Shown here: positions 18,640-26,594 of the stretch, piece after piece
Layout: every line of letters starts with the position of its first letter
How positions within the stretch are numbered: position 1 is the stretch's first letter
Origin: Candidatus Woesebacteria bacterium
GTDB taxonomy: Bacteria; Patescibacteriota; Microgenomatia; UBA8517
Direction: 5' to 3'
Length of the DNA: 64,000 nucleotides
Assembly (NCBI GenBank): GCA_013374835.1
Contig: CP055307.1
Location: forward strand, 146,622-210,621
Translations under genes and position numbers: made by a program
The notes under the pieces: generated by a model
What the model saw: only the letters and a program-made list of their open reading frames with translations
What the model was told of the DNA's origin: nothing
Database searches by the model: none

Positions 18640-19653
18640 ATGAAAATAATCAGAAAAGAAGAAGACGTATCCAATAAAGAAAGCACTTTTTCAAAAAAGA
18701 AAAAGCAAAAAAAGAACCCTTGGGGGAAAAAAGAAAGATTTGTTATTATCGGAATACTTTTTCTAACAGCGTTTTCATCGGCTATTTTGGCAATATCGGC
18801 AAGAAGCTGGAAACTACCCGGATTTCCAAAACTCAAAGCACCGTCTTTTGAATTTGAAAAAACCTACGTTTATGAAAAAGATATAATCAAAAAATCAGAT
18901 GAAAATATCGAAAAAATTAAAGAAATCTTTAAAAAAGAAACAAACAAACTCTCTGGAGTATATGCCTTTGAGGTGGTACTTCTTGATACAAACGTTGTTT
19001 TTGGTGTAAACGAACAAACAAAACTCCAAGCAGCCTCGTTAATTAAGTTACCCGTTATGGCTCTTTTATATGAAAAAGCGCAAACCGGTAGTCTAGATTT
19101 AGATTATACTTACACGCTTAAAAATTCAGATAAAAAAGCTGGATCCGGAAGTCTATATTCTAAGCCAGAAGGAACAAAAATAACATATAGGAATTTAGCT
19201 CAATTAATGGGTAAAGAATCCGATAACACAGCATTTGCTATAGCGGTAGATATTCTTGGCGAAGAAGAAATAGAAAGCTTTATAAAAAGAGTTGGCATGT
19301 ACGAGACTAGTTTAAGCGAAAATACCACAACCCCCTATGATATCGGCATTTTTTTTAAAAAGCTCTGGAGCGGGGATATCCTCAATCATCAATATAAGGA
19401 AGAATTATTAAATTCTCTAACAGATACAATCTACGAAGACTATTTGCCAAAAGGTATTCCTGAAGAAATTGATGTTTCCCACAAATACGGCCGAGAACTT
19501 CATGTGTTAAACGATGCTGGAATCGTCAGAAGTGAGCCCCCATTTGTTTTAGTTTTAATGAGCGAAGGAATCGTTGAATCCGAAGCTGAAAAAATCTTCC
19601 CAATATTATCAAGAAAGCTTTATCAAGAAATTACATCCCTTTATAAAATTTGA
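18640..19653 (+). CDS. Membrane-anchored class A beta-lactamase-like serine hydrolase (PBP-related).
   Basis: SxxK (ASLIKLP), SDN (KESDNTA) and a KTG-like HKYG motif behind an N-terminal TM helix. It is adjacent to two PBP1A genes. Confidence 0.65.
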   Translation: MKIIRKEEDVSNKESTFSKKKKQKKNPWGKKERFVIIGILFLTAFSSAILAISARSWKLPGFPKLKAPSFEFEKTYVYEKDIIKKSDENIEKIKEIFKKETNKLSGVYAFEVVLLDTNVVFGVNEQTKLQAASLIKLPVMALLYEKAQTGSLDLDYTYTLKNSDKKAGSGSLYSKPEGTKITYRNLAQLMGKESDNTAFAIAVDILGEEEIESFIKRVGMYETSLSENTTTPYDIGIFFKKLWSGDILNHQYKEELLNSLTDTIYEDYLPKGIPEEIDVSHKYGRELHVLNDAGIVRSEPPFVLVLMSEGIVESEAEKIFPILSRKLYQEITSLYKI

Positions 19654-21827
19654 GGTCCATTTTCACCTTCTTTTTTTTCAATAAAAGAGTTTGGGCTGCA
19701 GTGTTTGGTTGGTTTGTTCTCTTGCAAAAACCATTCTGAAATAGTAGGACATCCGGTACACGGCAAAGTCCCTAGAGTTTTGCATATCTCAAGCCGCACA
19801 AGTCCGTTTGGCACCCTCCATTCCACACTTTCCCTGCCAGAGAGTAGATGAATCATAATCTTATTCCATATCGGCGAAGCGCCTGTTACGCCTGAAGCAA
19901 TACTGCTCATTGGAGAGTTGTCGTTATTTCCAACCCAGGTAGCCACAAGGTAGTCTTGATTAAATCCGACAGTAAGATTATCTCTCAAATTATTACTGGT
20001 TCCGGTTTTTACAGCCACTTCGGGATGATTTGGTATTACAAGCATGCTGTTTATCCCAAAAGCAGGAGCTCTTGCAGAGTTATCTCGTAAAATATCAATA
20101 AGCATAAATGCAACTCTTTCGTCAAGCACTCTAATAAAACCGCATTTCTCCTCCGAGCCCTCCTTTGCGCTAACTTCTGCAAGAAATTGTTTGCAACCCT
20201 TAGAATATATGATTTTCCCCTCGGCATCGTATATTTTCTCTATGGAGCTTAAACTTGGACGCATTCCATAATTTGCAACCGTTGCGTAAGCAGTCGCAAG
20301 TTCGATAATTCGCACATCACCACCACCCAAAGTTAAAGATAATCCATAGTCCGATGCATCCTTCCAAGTTGAAATTCCCATTTTTTTTCCCAGCTCCACC
20401 ATTTTATCAACGCCGTATGAAGCAAGCGTTCTTACGGCAGGTACATTTCTTGACTCAGCAAAAGCACTTCTTAAACTAATATTCCCCCTAAATTTTCCGT
20501 CATAATTTTTAGGGGAATAAGGTTCAGTCCCTGCAACACGGAAAGTTATTGGTGAATCCTTTAGCAAAGAAGCGGGAGTATATCCATTTTCAAGAGCATA
20601 GGCATAATTTATAAGTTTTATCGAACTGCCTGGTTGCCTAAGCCTCAAAAGTACGTTTACGTTTCCATCCATTTCTGTATCAAAGTAATCCTTAGATCCG
20701 ACCATCGCCAAAATGTCACCATTTTTGGGATTAAGAACAATAGCAGCCCCATTTGATACATTTAAGTGTCGTATCGACTCTACTTCATTTTTTACTATTT
20801 CCTCCACCCTTTTTTGGAGCTTATAGTCAAGCGTTGTTACGATTTTAAGTCCGCCCTTAAGAACCATCGATTCGCCATATTTGTTAACCAGTTGATCTTT
20901 TACATACATAACAAAATGAGGTGCTTTTATCTCGGTTTTGTTTTTTGAAAATACAAGTTTTTCCTTTTTAGCCTTTTCTGCCTCCTCAAAAGTAATAAAT
21001 TCGTTCGAAACCATAAGATCAATCACTTCGTTTTGCCTTTGAATCGAAAGCTCGGGATTATTTCCAAAAGGGGAAAGCAGCGTTGGGCTTTTGGGCAATC
21101 CTGCCAAAAGCGCTGCCTCTGAAAGCGTAAGCTCGGAAACGTCCTTATCAAAATAAACTCTTGACGCTTCTTTAATCCCGTAAATACTACCTCCGTATGG
21201 AACCTCGTTTAGATACATTTCCAAAATTTCATCTTTTGAATATTTTCTCTCGACATCTATTGCAAGCAAAATCTCTCGCGCCTTTCTTTTTAAGGTTTTC
21301 TCTGGTGTAAGCAAGGCGTTCTTTACAAGCTGCTGTGTAATAGTCGAGCCGCCAGTAACTTTTCCTTCGTCTAAAAAAATACCCAAAGCACGGGTTATGC
21401 CCTTTATAGAAAAACCATGGTGTGAATAAAAATTAGCGTCCTCAGCAGCAAGAGTTGCAAGTTTTACGTTAAGCGGTATTTCAGTTAGCTTTACCCTGCT
21501 TCTGTTTTTGTCTTTATATATTTGATATAAAAGCACGCCGTTTCTATCGTAAATTTTGGTCGAGAGTTCAACATCCCTTTGTATAAGATCCTCGGCCCTA
21601 GGAAGATTGTGAAACAAAAAAGCCCACAGACCAAAAAAAACAAATACCAAAGTAAAATACAAAAAAGTTATCAAAAAAAGCAGTCTTTGAATGCCGCAAG
21701 ACAAGATTGTCCTCGGTAAAATAAAAAATGCCGAAAAAATTTTTCGCAACAGTAACAAAGCCAAATAAATTGTTTTATAAACAGGTTTTCCAATAAAGAC
21801 GAGGATGTATGCTGGTTTTGAAACCAT
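19641..21827 (-). CDS. Class A penicillin-binding protein (PBP1A family; GT51 transglycosylase + transpeptidase).
   Basis: GT51 region ATLAAEDANFYSHHGF; transpeptidase motifs SSIKLINYAYALE (SxxK), SRN and KTGT. Confidence 0.92.
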   Translation of the reverse strand: MVSKPAYILVFIGKPVYKTIYLALLLLRKIFSAFFILPRTILSCGIQRLLFLITFLYFTLVFVFFGLWAFLFHNLPRAEDLIQRDVELSTKIYDRNGVLLYQIYKDKNRSRVKLTEIPLNVKLATLAAEDANFYSHHGFSIKGITRALGIFLDEGKVTGGSTITQQLVKNALLTPEKTLKRKAREILLAIDVERKYSKDEILEMYLNEVPYGGSIYGIKEASRVYFDKDVSELTLSEAALLAGLPKSPTLLSPFGNNPELSIQRQNEVIDLMVSNEFITFEEAEKAKKEKLVFSKNKTEIKAPHFVMYVKDQLVNKYGESMVLKGGLKIVTTLDYKLQKRVEEIVKNEVESIRHLNVSNGAAIVLNPKNGDILAMVGSKDYFDTEMDGNVNVLLRLRQPGSSIKLINYAYALENGYTPASLLKDSPITFRVAGTEPYSPKNYDGKFRGNISLRSAFAESRNVPAVRTLASYGVDKMVELGKKMGISTWKDASDYGLSLTLGGGDVRIIELATAYATVANYGMRPSLSSIEKIYDAEGKIIYSKGCKQFLAEVSAKEGSEEKCGFIRVLDERVAFMLIDILRDNSARAPAFGINSMLVIPNHPEVAVKTGTSNNLRDNLTVGFNQDYLVATWVGNNDNSPMSSIASGVTGASPIWNKIMIHLLSGRESVEWRVPNGLVRLEICKTLGTLPCTGCPTISEWFLQENKPTKHCSPNSFIEKKEGENGPQIL

Positions 21828-21918
21828 ACCCTATATTATATCAATCACAACAGCCATTTTGGAGTAGGAATTTAAACGAATTGAACACAAAAATATGTCT
21901 ATAGTTGTAGAATAAGAA

Positions 21919-24171
21919 CTACTTTAGCGGGTAACTAACATTTACGCGATTCATCGGAAAAGGACACGTCAGACATATCATTGTGCCAAGAGGATCATAT
22001 ATTACCAAATGATTTTGCATTTCAATATTTTCAGTCGGAGTATCGGAAGAAGCAAGCGTTTGATTTATTCTATCTATTTGAACATCCTGCCTAGTAGCTA
22101 GATTTTTCTTTGGCAAATTATCTTTAAGAAAATATTCAAATCTTTTTGGACAATCAGCAGATTCGTTTTCGGGTAATCCGCCACTATCGGCACACACGCT
22201 AAGCCCGACAACTTCATCCGGCTTTGTCGGCCAGCCGTGTCCTTTATCCGAAGAATTATAAAATCCTTCTTCTGCTTTATCCAATACCTTTTTCATTATT
22301 CTGTTCCAAATAGGAGAGGCTCCGGATACGCCCGAAACAGCACCGCTCATAGATGTATAGTCGTTGTTTCCCACCCAAGTTAAAACCAAAGCATGTGATG
22401 TGTATCCGACAGTCCAGTTATCTCGAAGATCGTTAGTTGTTCCCGTTTTTACCGAAACCTCGGGATGGCCGCTTACATTAAGATACGAAGAGGCTCCAAA
22501 AGCAGAGGAACGCGCATTGTTGTCGTGAAGGATATGAGAAATTATAAATGCAACACCAGAATTAAGAACCCGTACGCCCTCGGCCTCATCTCTATCATAT
22601 TCAAAAAGTACTTTTCCCTTCCAATCCTCAACTTTAAGGATAGAAACAAGATCTTGTTTTATGCCTTGGTTGGCGAGCACTCCGAACGCAACTGCCATGT
22701 CATAAGGCATCACCTCTCCTCCGCCTAAGGTTAGAGACAGCCCATAATTTTCTGGATCTTTAAAAGTGGTTATGCCCATCTGTGTCGCAAAATCAATAAA
22801 ATTCTCTAAACCGTTAAGCGCAAGCACTCTGACGGCAGGAATGTTATAGGAATTTCCAAGTGCGAATCTTGCTTGTATAGCACCGTGAAATTGCCAGTCA
22901 TAATTTGAAGGACAATAAGGTTTCTGTCCTGCCACTAAAAAACAAGTTGGAACATCTGCAAGTGGTGTGCTGGCAGTTATCTTACCGTCTCTTATGGCCA
23001 GTGCATAATTTAAGGGTTTTATAGAACTTCCGGGTTGTCTTTTTGCGAAAATAATATTTACCTTACCGTCTTCATCCTCTGCGTTATAATTTTTTGAGCC
23101 GACCATAGCAAGTATTTCACCACTTTTAGGTCTTGTTACCAATGCGGCTCCATTACCGACATTTTGATTTTTGAGTTTTTCAACCTCATCGAGCACGATC
23201 TCCTGTGCATACTCTTGTAGCTCAAGATCAAGAGTGGTTGTTACACGAAGCCCCCCTTTCTCAACAACGTTGTCACCATATTCTTTTGCAAGTAATTCTT
23301 TAACCCAAAGCGCAAAATGTGCTGCCTTTAGATCTTTCGCTTCAGCATACTTAAGCTCCTCACTAAGAGCTTGTTCCGCTTCTTCCTCAGTAATATATTT
23401 ATCTTCAACCATCCTTTTTAAAACAAGAGCTTGTCGCTCTTTTGCATATTCGGGATGGGCTCCAAAAGGAGAGTAAAGAGTTGGGGCCGCAGTTAGTCCT
23501 GCTAAAAGTGAAGACTCAGCCAAGGTCAAATCCTCTGCATTTTTGCCGAAATAAAGCTCGGATGCCGACCCGATGCCGTAAGCTGTTGATCCATAAGGGA
23601 CCTGGTTTAAATACATCTCCAATATTTTATCTTTCGGATATCTAAGCTCAACAAGTACGGCCAAAACAAACTCACGGACCTTTCGCTTAATTGTTCTCTC
23701 TGGCGTTAGAAGAGAATTTTTTACAAGCTGCTGCGTAAGAGTGGACCCGCCCTCAAGCTTTTTCCTGAAAATAGTTTTGTATAAAGCTCTGCTCATCCCG
23801 CTAATCGAAAACCCGGGGTGTTTATAAAAATCTTTGTCCTCAATGGCTATCGTGGCTTTTTTAACATGATCGGGAATTCTCTCAAGAGGTATTGGATTTC
23901 TTCTTTGATCGGTATATATTTCATAAATTAATTTCCCTTTTCTGTCATAAAGCTTAGTGGAAATGGCTTGGTCCTTAGAAATATCACCAGTGAAGGGTAT
24001 ACCCCAAAAAAACCACAAACTGAGAATTAAAAAAACAAAAGTTGCCCCTGCAATAACTTTTTTCTTTTTTGAAAGGCTAATTTTTAACAAACGTTTTTTT
24101 TTCTCAAACTGTTGGCCTTGACGCTTTTTGCGCTTCGAATCGGATTTTGTCATGAAGAAATTATACCTCAA
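21919..24171 (-). CDS. Class A penicillin-binding protein (PBP1A family), a paralogue of the previous gene.
   Basis: ATIAIEDKDFYKHPGF, GSSIKPLNY and KTGTTND. The start may be the internal Met at about 24153. Confidence 0.92.
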   Translation of the reverse strand: MRYNFFMTKSDSKRKKRQGQQFEKKKRLLKISLSKKKKVIAGATFVFLILSLWFFWGIPFTGDISKDQAISTKLYDRKGKLIYEIYTDQRRNPIPLERIPDHVKKATIAIEDKDFYKHPGFSISGMSRALYKTIFRKKLEGGSTLTQQLVKNSLLTPERTIKRKVREFVLAVLVELRYPKDKILEMYLNQVPYGSTAYGIGSASELYFGKNAEDLTLAESSLLAGLTAAPTLYSPFGAHPEYAKERQALVLKRMVEDKYITEEEAEQALSEELKYAEAKDLKAAHFALWVKELLAKEYGDNVVEKGGLRVTTTLDLELQEYAQEIVLDEVEKLKNQNVGNGAALVTRPKSGEILAMVGSKNYNAEDEDGKVNIIFAKRQPGSSIKPLNYALAIRDGKITASTPLADVPTCFLVAGQKPYCPSNYDWQFHGAIQARFALGNSYNIPAVRVLALNGLENFIDFATQMGITTFKDPENYGLSLTLGGGEVMPYDMAVAFGVLANQGIKQDLVSILKVEDWKGKVLFEYDRDEAEGVRVLNSGVAFIISHILHDNNARSSAFGASSYLNVSGHPEVSVKTGTTNDLRDNWTVGYTSHALVLTWVGNNDYTSMSGAVSGVSGASPIWNRIMKKVLDKAEEGFYNSSDKGHGWPTKPDEVVGLSVCADSGGLPENESADCPKRFEYFLKDNLPKKNLATRQDVQIDRINQTLASSDTPTENIEMQNHLVIYDPLGTMICLTCPFPMNRVNVSYPLK

Positions 24172-24192
24172 GCTGGTCTATTCGTGTAATAA

Positions 24193-24711
24193 TTGTTAAT
24201 ATATAATTTAAGTTCAATGAATACACTAACTTCAAAACCGTGGTGGAATTATTTGCAAAACGATATTAAAGACTTGCTTGGTGAATCCTTTCTCCTTCTT
24301 GAAAAATCCAAAACGTGGAGAAAAAAGTTTCATGACTATTCGTTTGTAGTATTTCCCGCATCCAAAGCCTATGAGGGATTTTTGAAAATATTACTTCTGG
24401 ACATGGGTCTTATTACGAAAAAAGATTATTTCGGCAAGCATTTTCGCATAGGAAAATCTCTTAATCCGAGTCTAGATGTTAAGTATCGAGATGAAAGCTG
24501 GGTATACGACAATCTTGCTAATTTTTGTAAAAGCGAAAAATTGCCCCAAAAATTATGGAAAACATGGAAAACGGCAAGGAATTTAGTCTTTCACTGGTTT
24601 CCGAACGAAGTAAATGCAATTACACTGCCCGAGGCCGAAGACAGAATAAGGCTCATAATAGAATCAATCGATTTAGTCTATACGGAATGTGGTGTAAAAT
24701 TAATTAGATGA
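24193..24711 (+). CDS. Hypothetical protein with a HepT-like HEPN signature (R-N-x3-H-x-F).
   Basis: TARNLVFHWFPNE matches Rx4-6H / RNxxxHxY-like. The predicted protein is about 170 aa, alpha-helical and small. It overlaps the next gene by 4 nt. Confidence 0.35.
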   Translation: MLIYNLSSMNTLTSKPWWNYLQNDIKDLLGESFLLLEKSKTWRKKFHDYSFVVFPASKAYEGFLKILLLDMGLITKKDYFGKHFRIGKSLNPSLDVKYRDESWVYDNLANFCKSEKLPQKLWKTWKTARNLVFHWFPNEVNAITLPEAEDRIRLIIESIDLVYTECGVKLIR

Positions 24712-25349
24712 AGCTTGACAAATTCAAACACACAATAGCCCTTTATGCATTTCTGCTTGTCGCTTGGGGTTTTTATAGGCTTCTTTTCCAATTCCCCGAA
24801 GAAATTGAAATTCTAATAATTAAACCGCTTGTTTGGCTCGTACCCACATTCTACTTAGTTAAAAAAGAAAAAGAAAAGATTCAAAGCTTAGGTGTTACTA
24901 CCAAAAATTTATTTCCAACGCTTTATTTTGCAATTTTCTTGGGTGCAGTGTTTTTAATTGAAGGCTTGTTTGTTAACTATCTTAAACACGGAAGTTTGTC
25001 TTTTGGAGCAAACATAGGCAGCATTCCTATTCTTGAGGCTGTCTTTCTATCCTTCGCGACAGCTCTCTCGGAAGAAATTACATTTAGGGGCTTTATATTT
25101 ACACGCATTTGGCAGAATCTTAAATCCGAGTGGACCGCAAATATTCTCACCAGTGTAGGATGGACGCTAATACATCTTCCGATAGCTGTACTTGATTGGA
25201 AACTTGCATTATCAGAACTTCTTATATACTCTTTATTGGTAATGTCTTTTTCTTTAGGGGCTTCCTTTATTTTTGCACGCACAAGAAACGTTTTCGCTTC
25301 GGTTTTTCTCCATGTTTTATGGCAGTGGCCGATTATACTATTTAGATAA
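24708..25349 (+). CDS. CPBP-family intramembrane glutamic endopeptidase (CAAX protease / Abi domain, PF02517).
   Basis: Multi-TM protein with an EExxFRG motif (LSEEITFRGFIF) and downstream conserved His residues (LIHLP, FLHVLWQ). Confidence 0.75.
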   Translation: MKLDKFKHTIALYAFLLVAWGFYRLLFQFPEEIEILIIKPLVWLVPTFYLVKKEKEKIQSLGVTTKNLFPTLYFAIFLGAVFLIEGLFVNYLKHGSLSFGANIGSIPILEAVFLSFATALSEEITFRGFIFTRIWQNLKSEWTANILTSVGWTLIHLPIAVLDWKLALSELLIYSLLVMSFSLGASFIFARTRNVFASVFLHVLWQWPIILFR

Positions 25350-25392
25350 TTTGACTATTTGTATCACTATGATCTATTATGATTAGGCTTTT

Positions 25393-26016
25393 ATGCTTCG
25401 GCGTTTAACAATATTATCACCAGTAGTGGTTTTTGCAACGATTATTCTTTTGGCATCTATATTTCGTTCGGCATCGGTTAAATATTCGTTTCATTTACCT
25501 CCTTCAAGCGAGACCATAATTACGGTAAATACTCCAAAAATTGATTATTCTCTTCCCTCGGTTGGAGCAGTTGGTCCAAAGCATCCACTTTGGCCTCTTG
25601 AGGTGGGTCGGGACAAAATTTGGCTTTTTATAAATAGAGATTATCTCAGAAAGGCTGAAATTGCGCTTCTGCTTGCTGATAAAAGGCTTTCTTATGCTGA
25701 TCATTTAATGGGTGAAGGTAACGTTGAATTTAGCATGTCCGTAGCGAGAAAATCGGAGATGTACCTTGAAGAATCCTGCAAATATTTGGAGAAGGCGGAA
25801 GAACACGGAGCAAATGTGCTCGATTTTACAGAAAAATTGTCGCTTGCATCACTTAAACATCGCGAAGTTTTGGAAACAATGCTTACTCATGCTCCAGAAG
25901 ACGCAAAACCCATTCTTATACAAATCCTTAATATTTCAAAAGGAGTTTACGAAAAGACAACTCATCTTCTTAATAAATACCAAAGAAGTCTTTATACAAA
26001 CCCCTTTAAAAGTTGA
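25393..26016 (+). CDS. Membrane-anchored hypothetical protein.
   Basis: N-terminal TM helix and a helical C-terminal region. I recognise no motif. Confidence 0.45.
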   Translation: MLRRLTILSPVVVFATIILLASIFRSASVKYSFHLPPSSETIITVNTPKIDYSLPSVGAVGPKHPLWPLEVGRDKIWLFINRDYLRKAEIALLLADKRLSYADHLMGEGNVEFSMSVARKSEMYLEESCKYLEKAEEHGANVLDFTEKLSLASLKHREVLETMLTHAPEDAKPILIQILNISKGVYEKTTHLLNKYQRSLYTNPFKS

Positions 26017-26077
26017 GTAATTACTGAATTTTTCTTAATTCTGACATTTTTTGACATATTTATTAATAGTTGACATC

Positions 26078-26142
26078 ACACATTTAGTGTTAGAATATTG
26101 TGAATATCACTGGAAATAGTGTTTTTCTATTTCACAAGTGAA
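26078..26142 (+). promoter_or_regulatory. Cluster of CAC/GTG palindromes upstream of nrdR-nrdJ, candidate NrdR boxes and promoter.
   Basis: ACACATTTAGTGT (26078-26090), GTGAATATCAC (26100-26110), CACTGGAAATAGTG (26108-26121) and TTCACAAGTGAA (26131-26142). The 2nd and 4th palindrome centres are about 31.5 bp apart, as in tandem NrdR boxes. A possible promoter is TTGACA at 26070 and TAGAAT at 26091. Confidence 0.45.
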
Positions 26143-26146
26143 ATAT

Positions 26147-26593
26147 ATGAAATGCCCTTTTTGCAATGCAGACGAAACCCACGTACTGGAATCAAGAGCA
26201 ATAGAAGATGGGCGGGTTATAAGAAGAAGGCGGAAATGCATTAAGTGCAAAAAGCGCTTTACAACATACGAAAGCATAAAAAAAAGCGTCCTTTGGGTTG
26301 TCAAAAAGAGTGGTAACAGAGAGCCTTTCGATAAAGAAAAAATTAAAAGAGGTATTTTAAGAGCAATTGAAAAAAGACCTGTATCTCTTGATCTCGTAAA
26401 CGATATCGTAGATCAGGTAGAAAGAGAAATGCTCAAAAAAGAAAAAGAAGAAGTCCCATCCCGCTGGATAGGGAACGAAGTTTTAAAAAGGTTGATAAAA
26501 ATCGACAGAGTAGCCTGGCTTAGATTTGCAAGCGTATATTTGGAGTTTGAGGAACTCAAAGATTTTGAAAACGCAATAATCAAAAAAAAGTAA
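26147..26593 (+). CDS. nrdR: Transcriptional repressor NrdR (zinc ribbon + ATP-cone).
   Basis: MKCPFCNADETHVLESR...CIKCKKRFTTYE followed by an ATP-cone. The ORF track started at an upstream GTG. Confidence 0.93.
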   Translation: MKCPFCNADETHVLESRAIEDGRVIRRRRKCIKCKKRFTTYESIKKSVLWVVKKSGNREPFDKEKIKRGILRAIEKRPVSLDLVNDIVDQVEREMLKKEKEEVPSRWIGNEVLKRLIKIDRVAWLRFASVYLEFEELKDFENAIIKKK

Positions 26594-26594
26594 T

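Noticed and set aside
24193-24711. The alternative that the HEPN-like ORF is the N-terminal extension of the CPBP protease, giving one fused gene.
   Set aside because: The frames differ (ATGA overlap with a frame change), and the first ORF is soluble with its own stop codon. Two translationally coupled genes are more likely.
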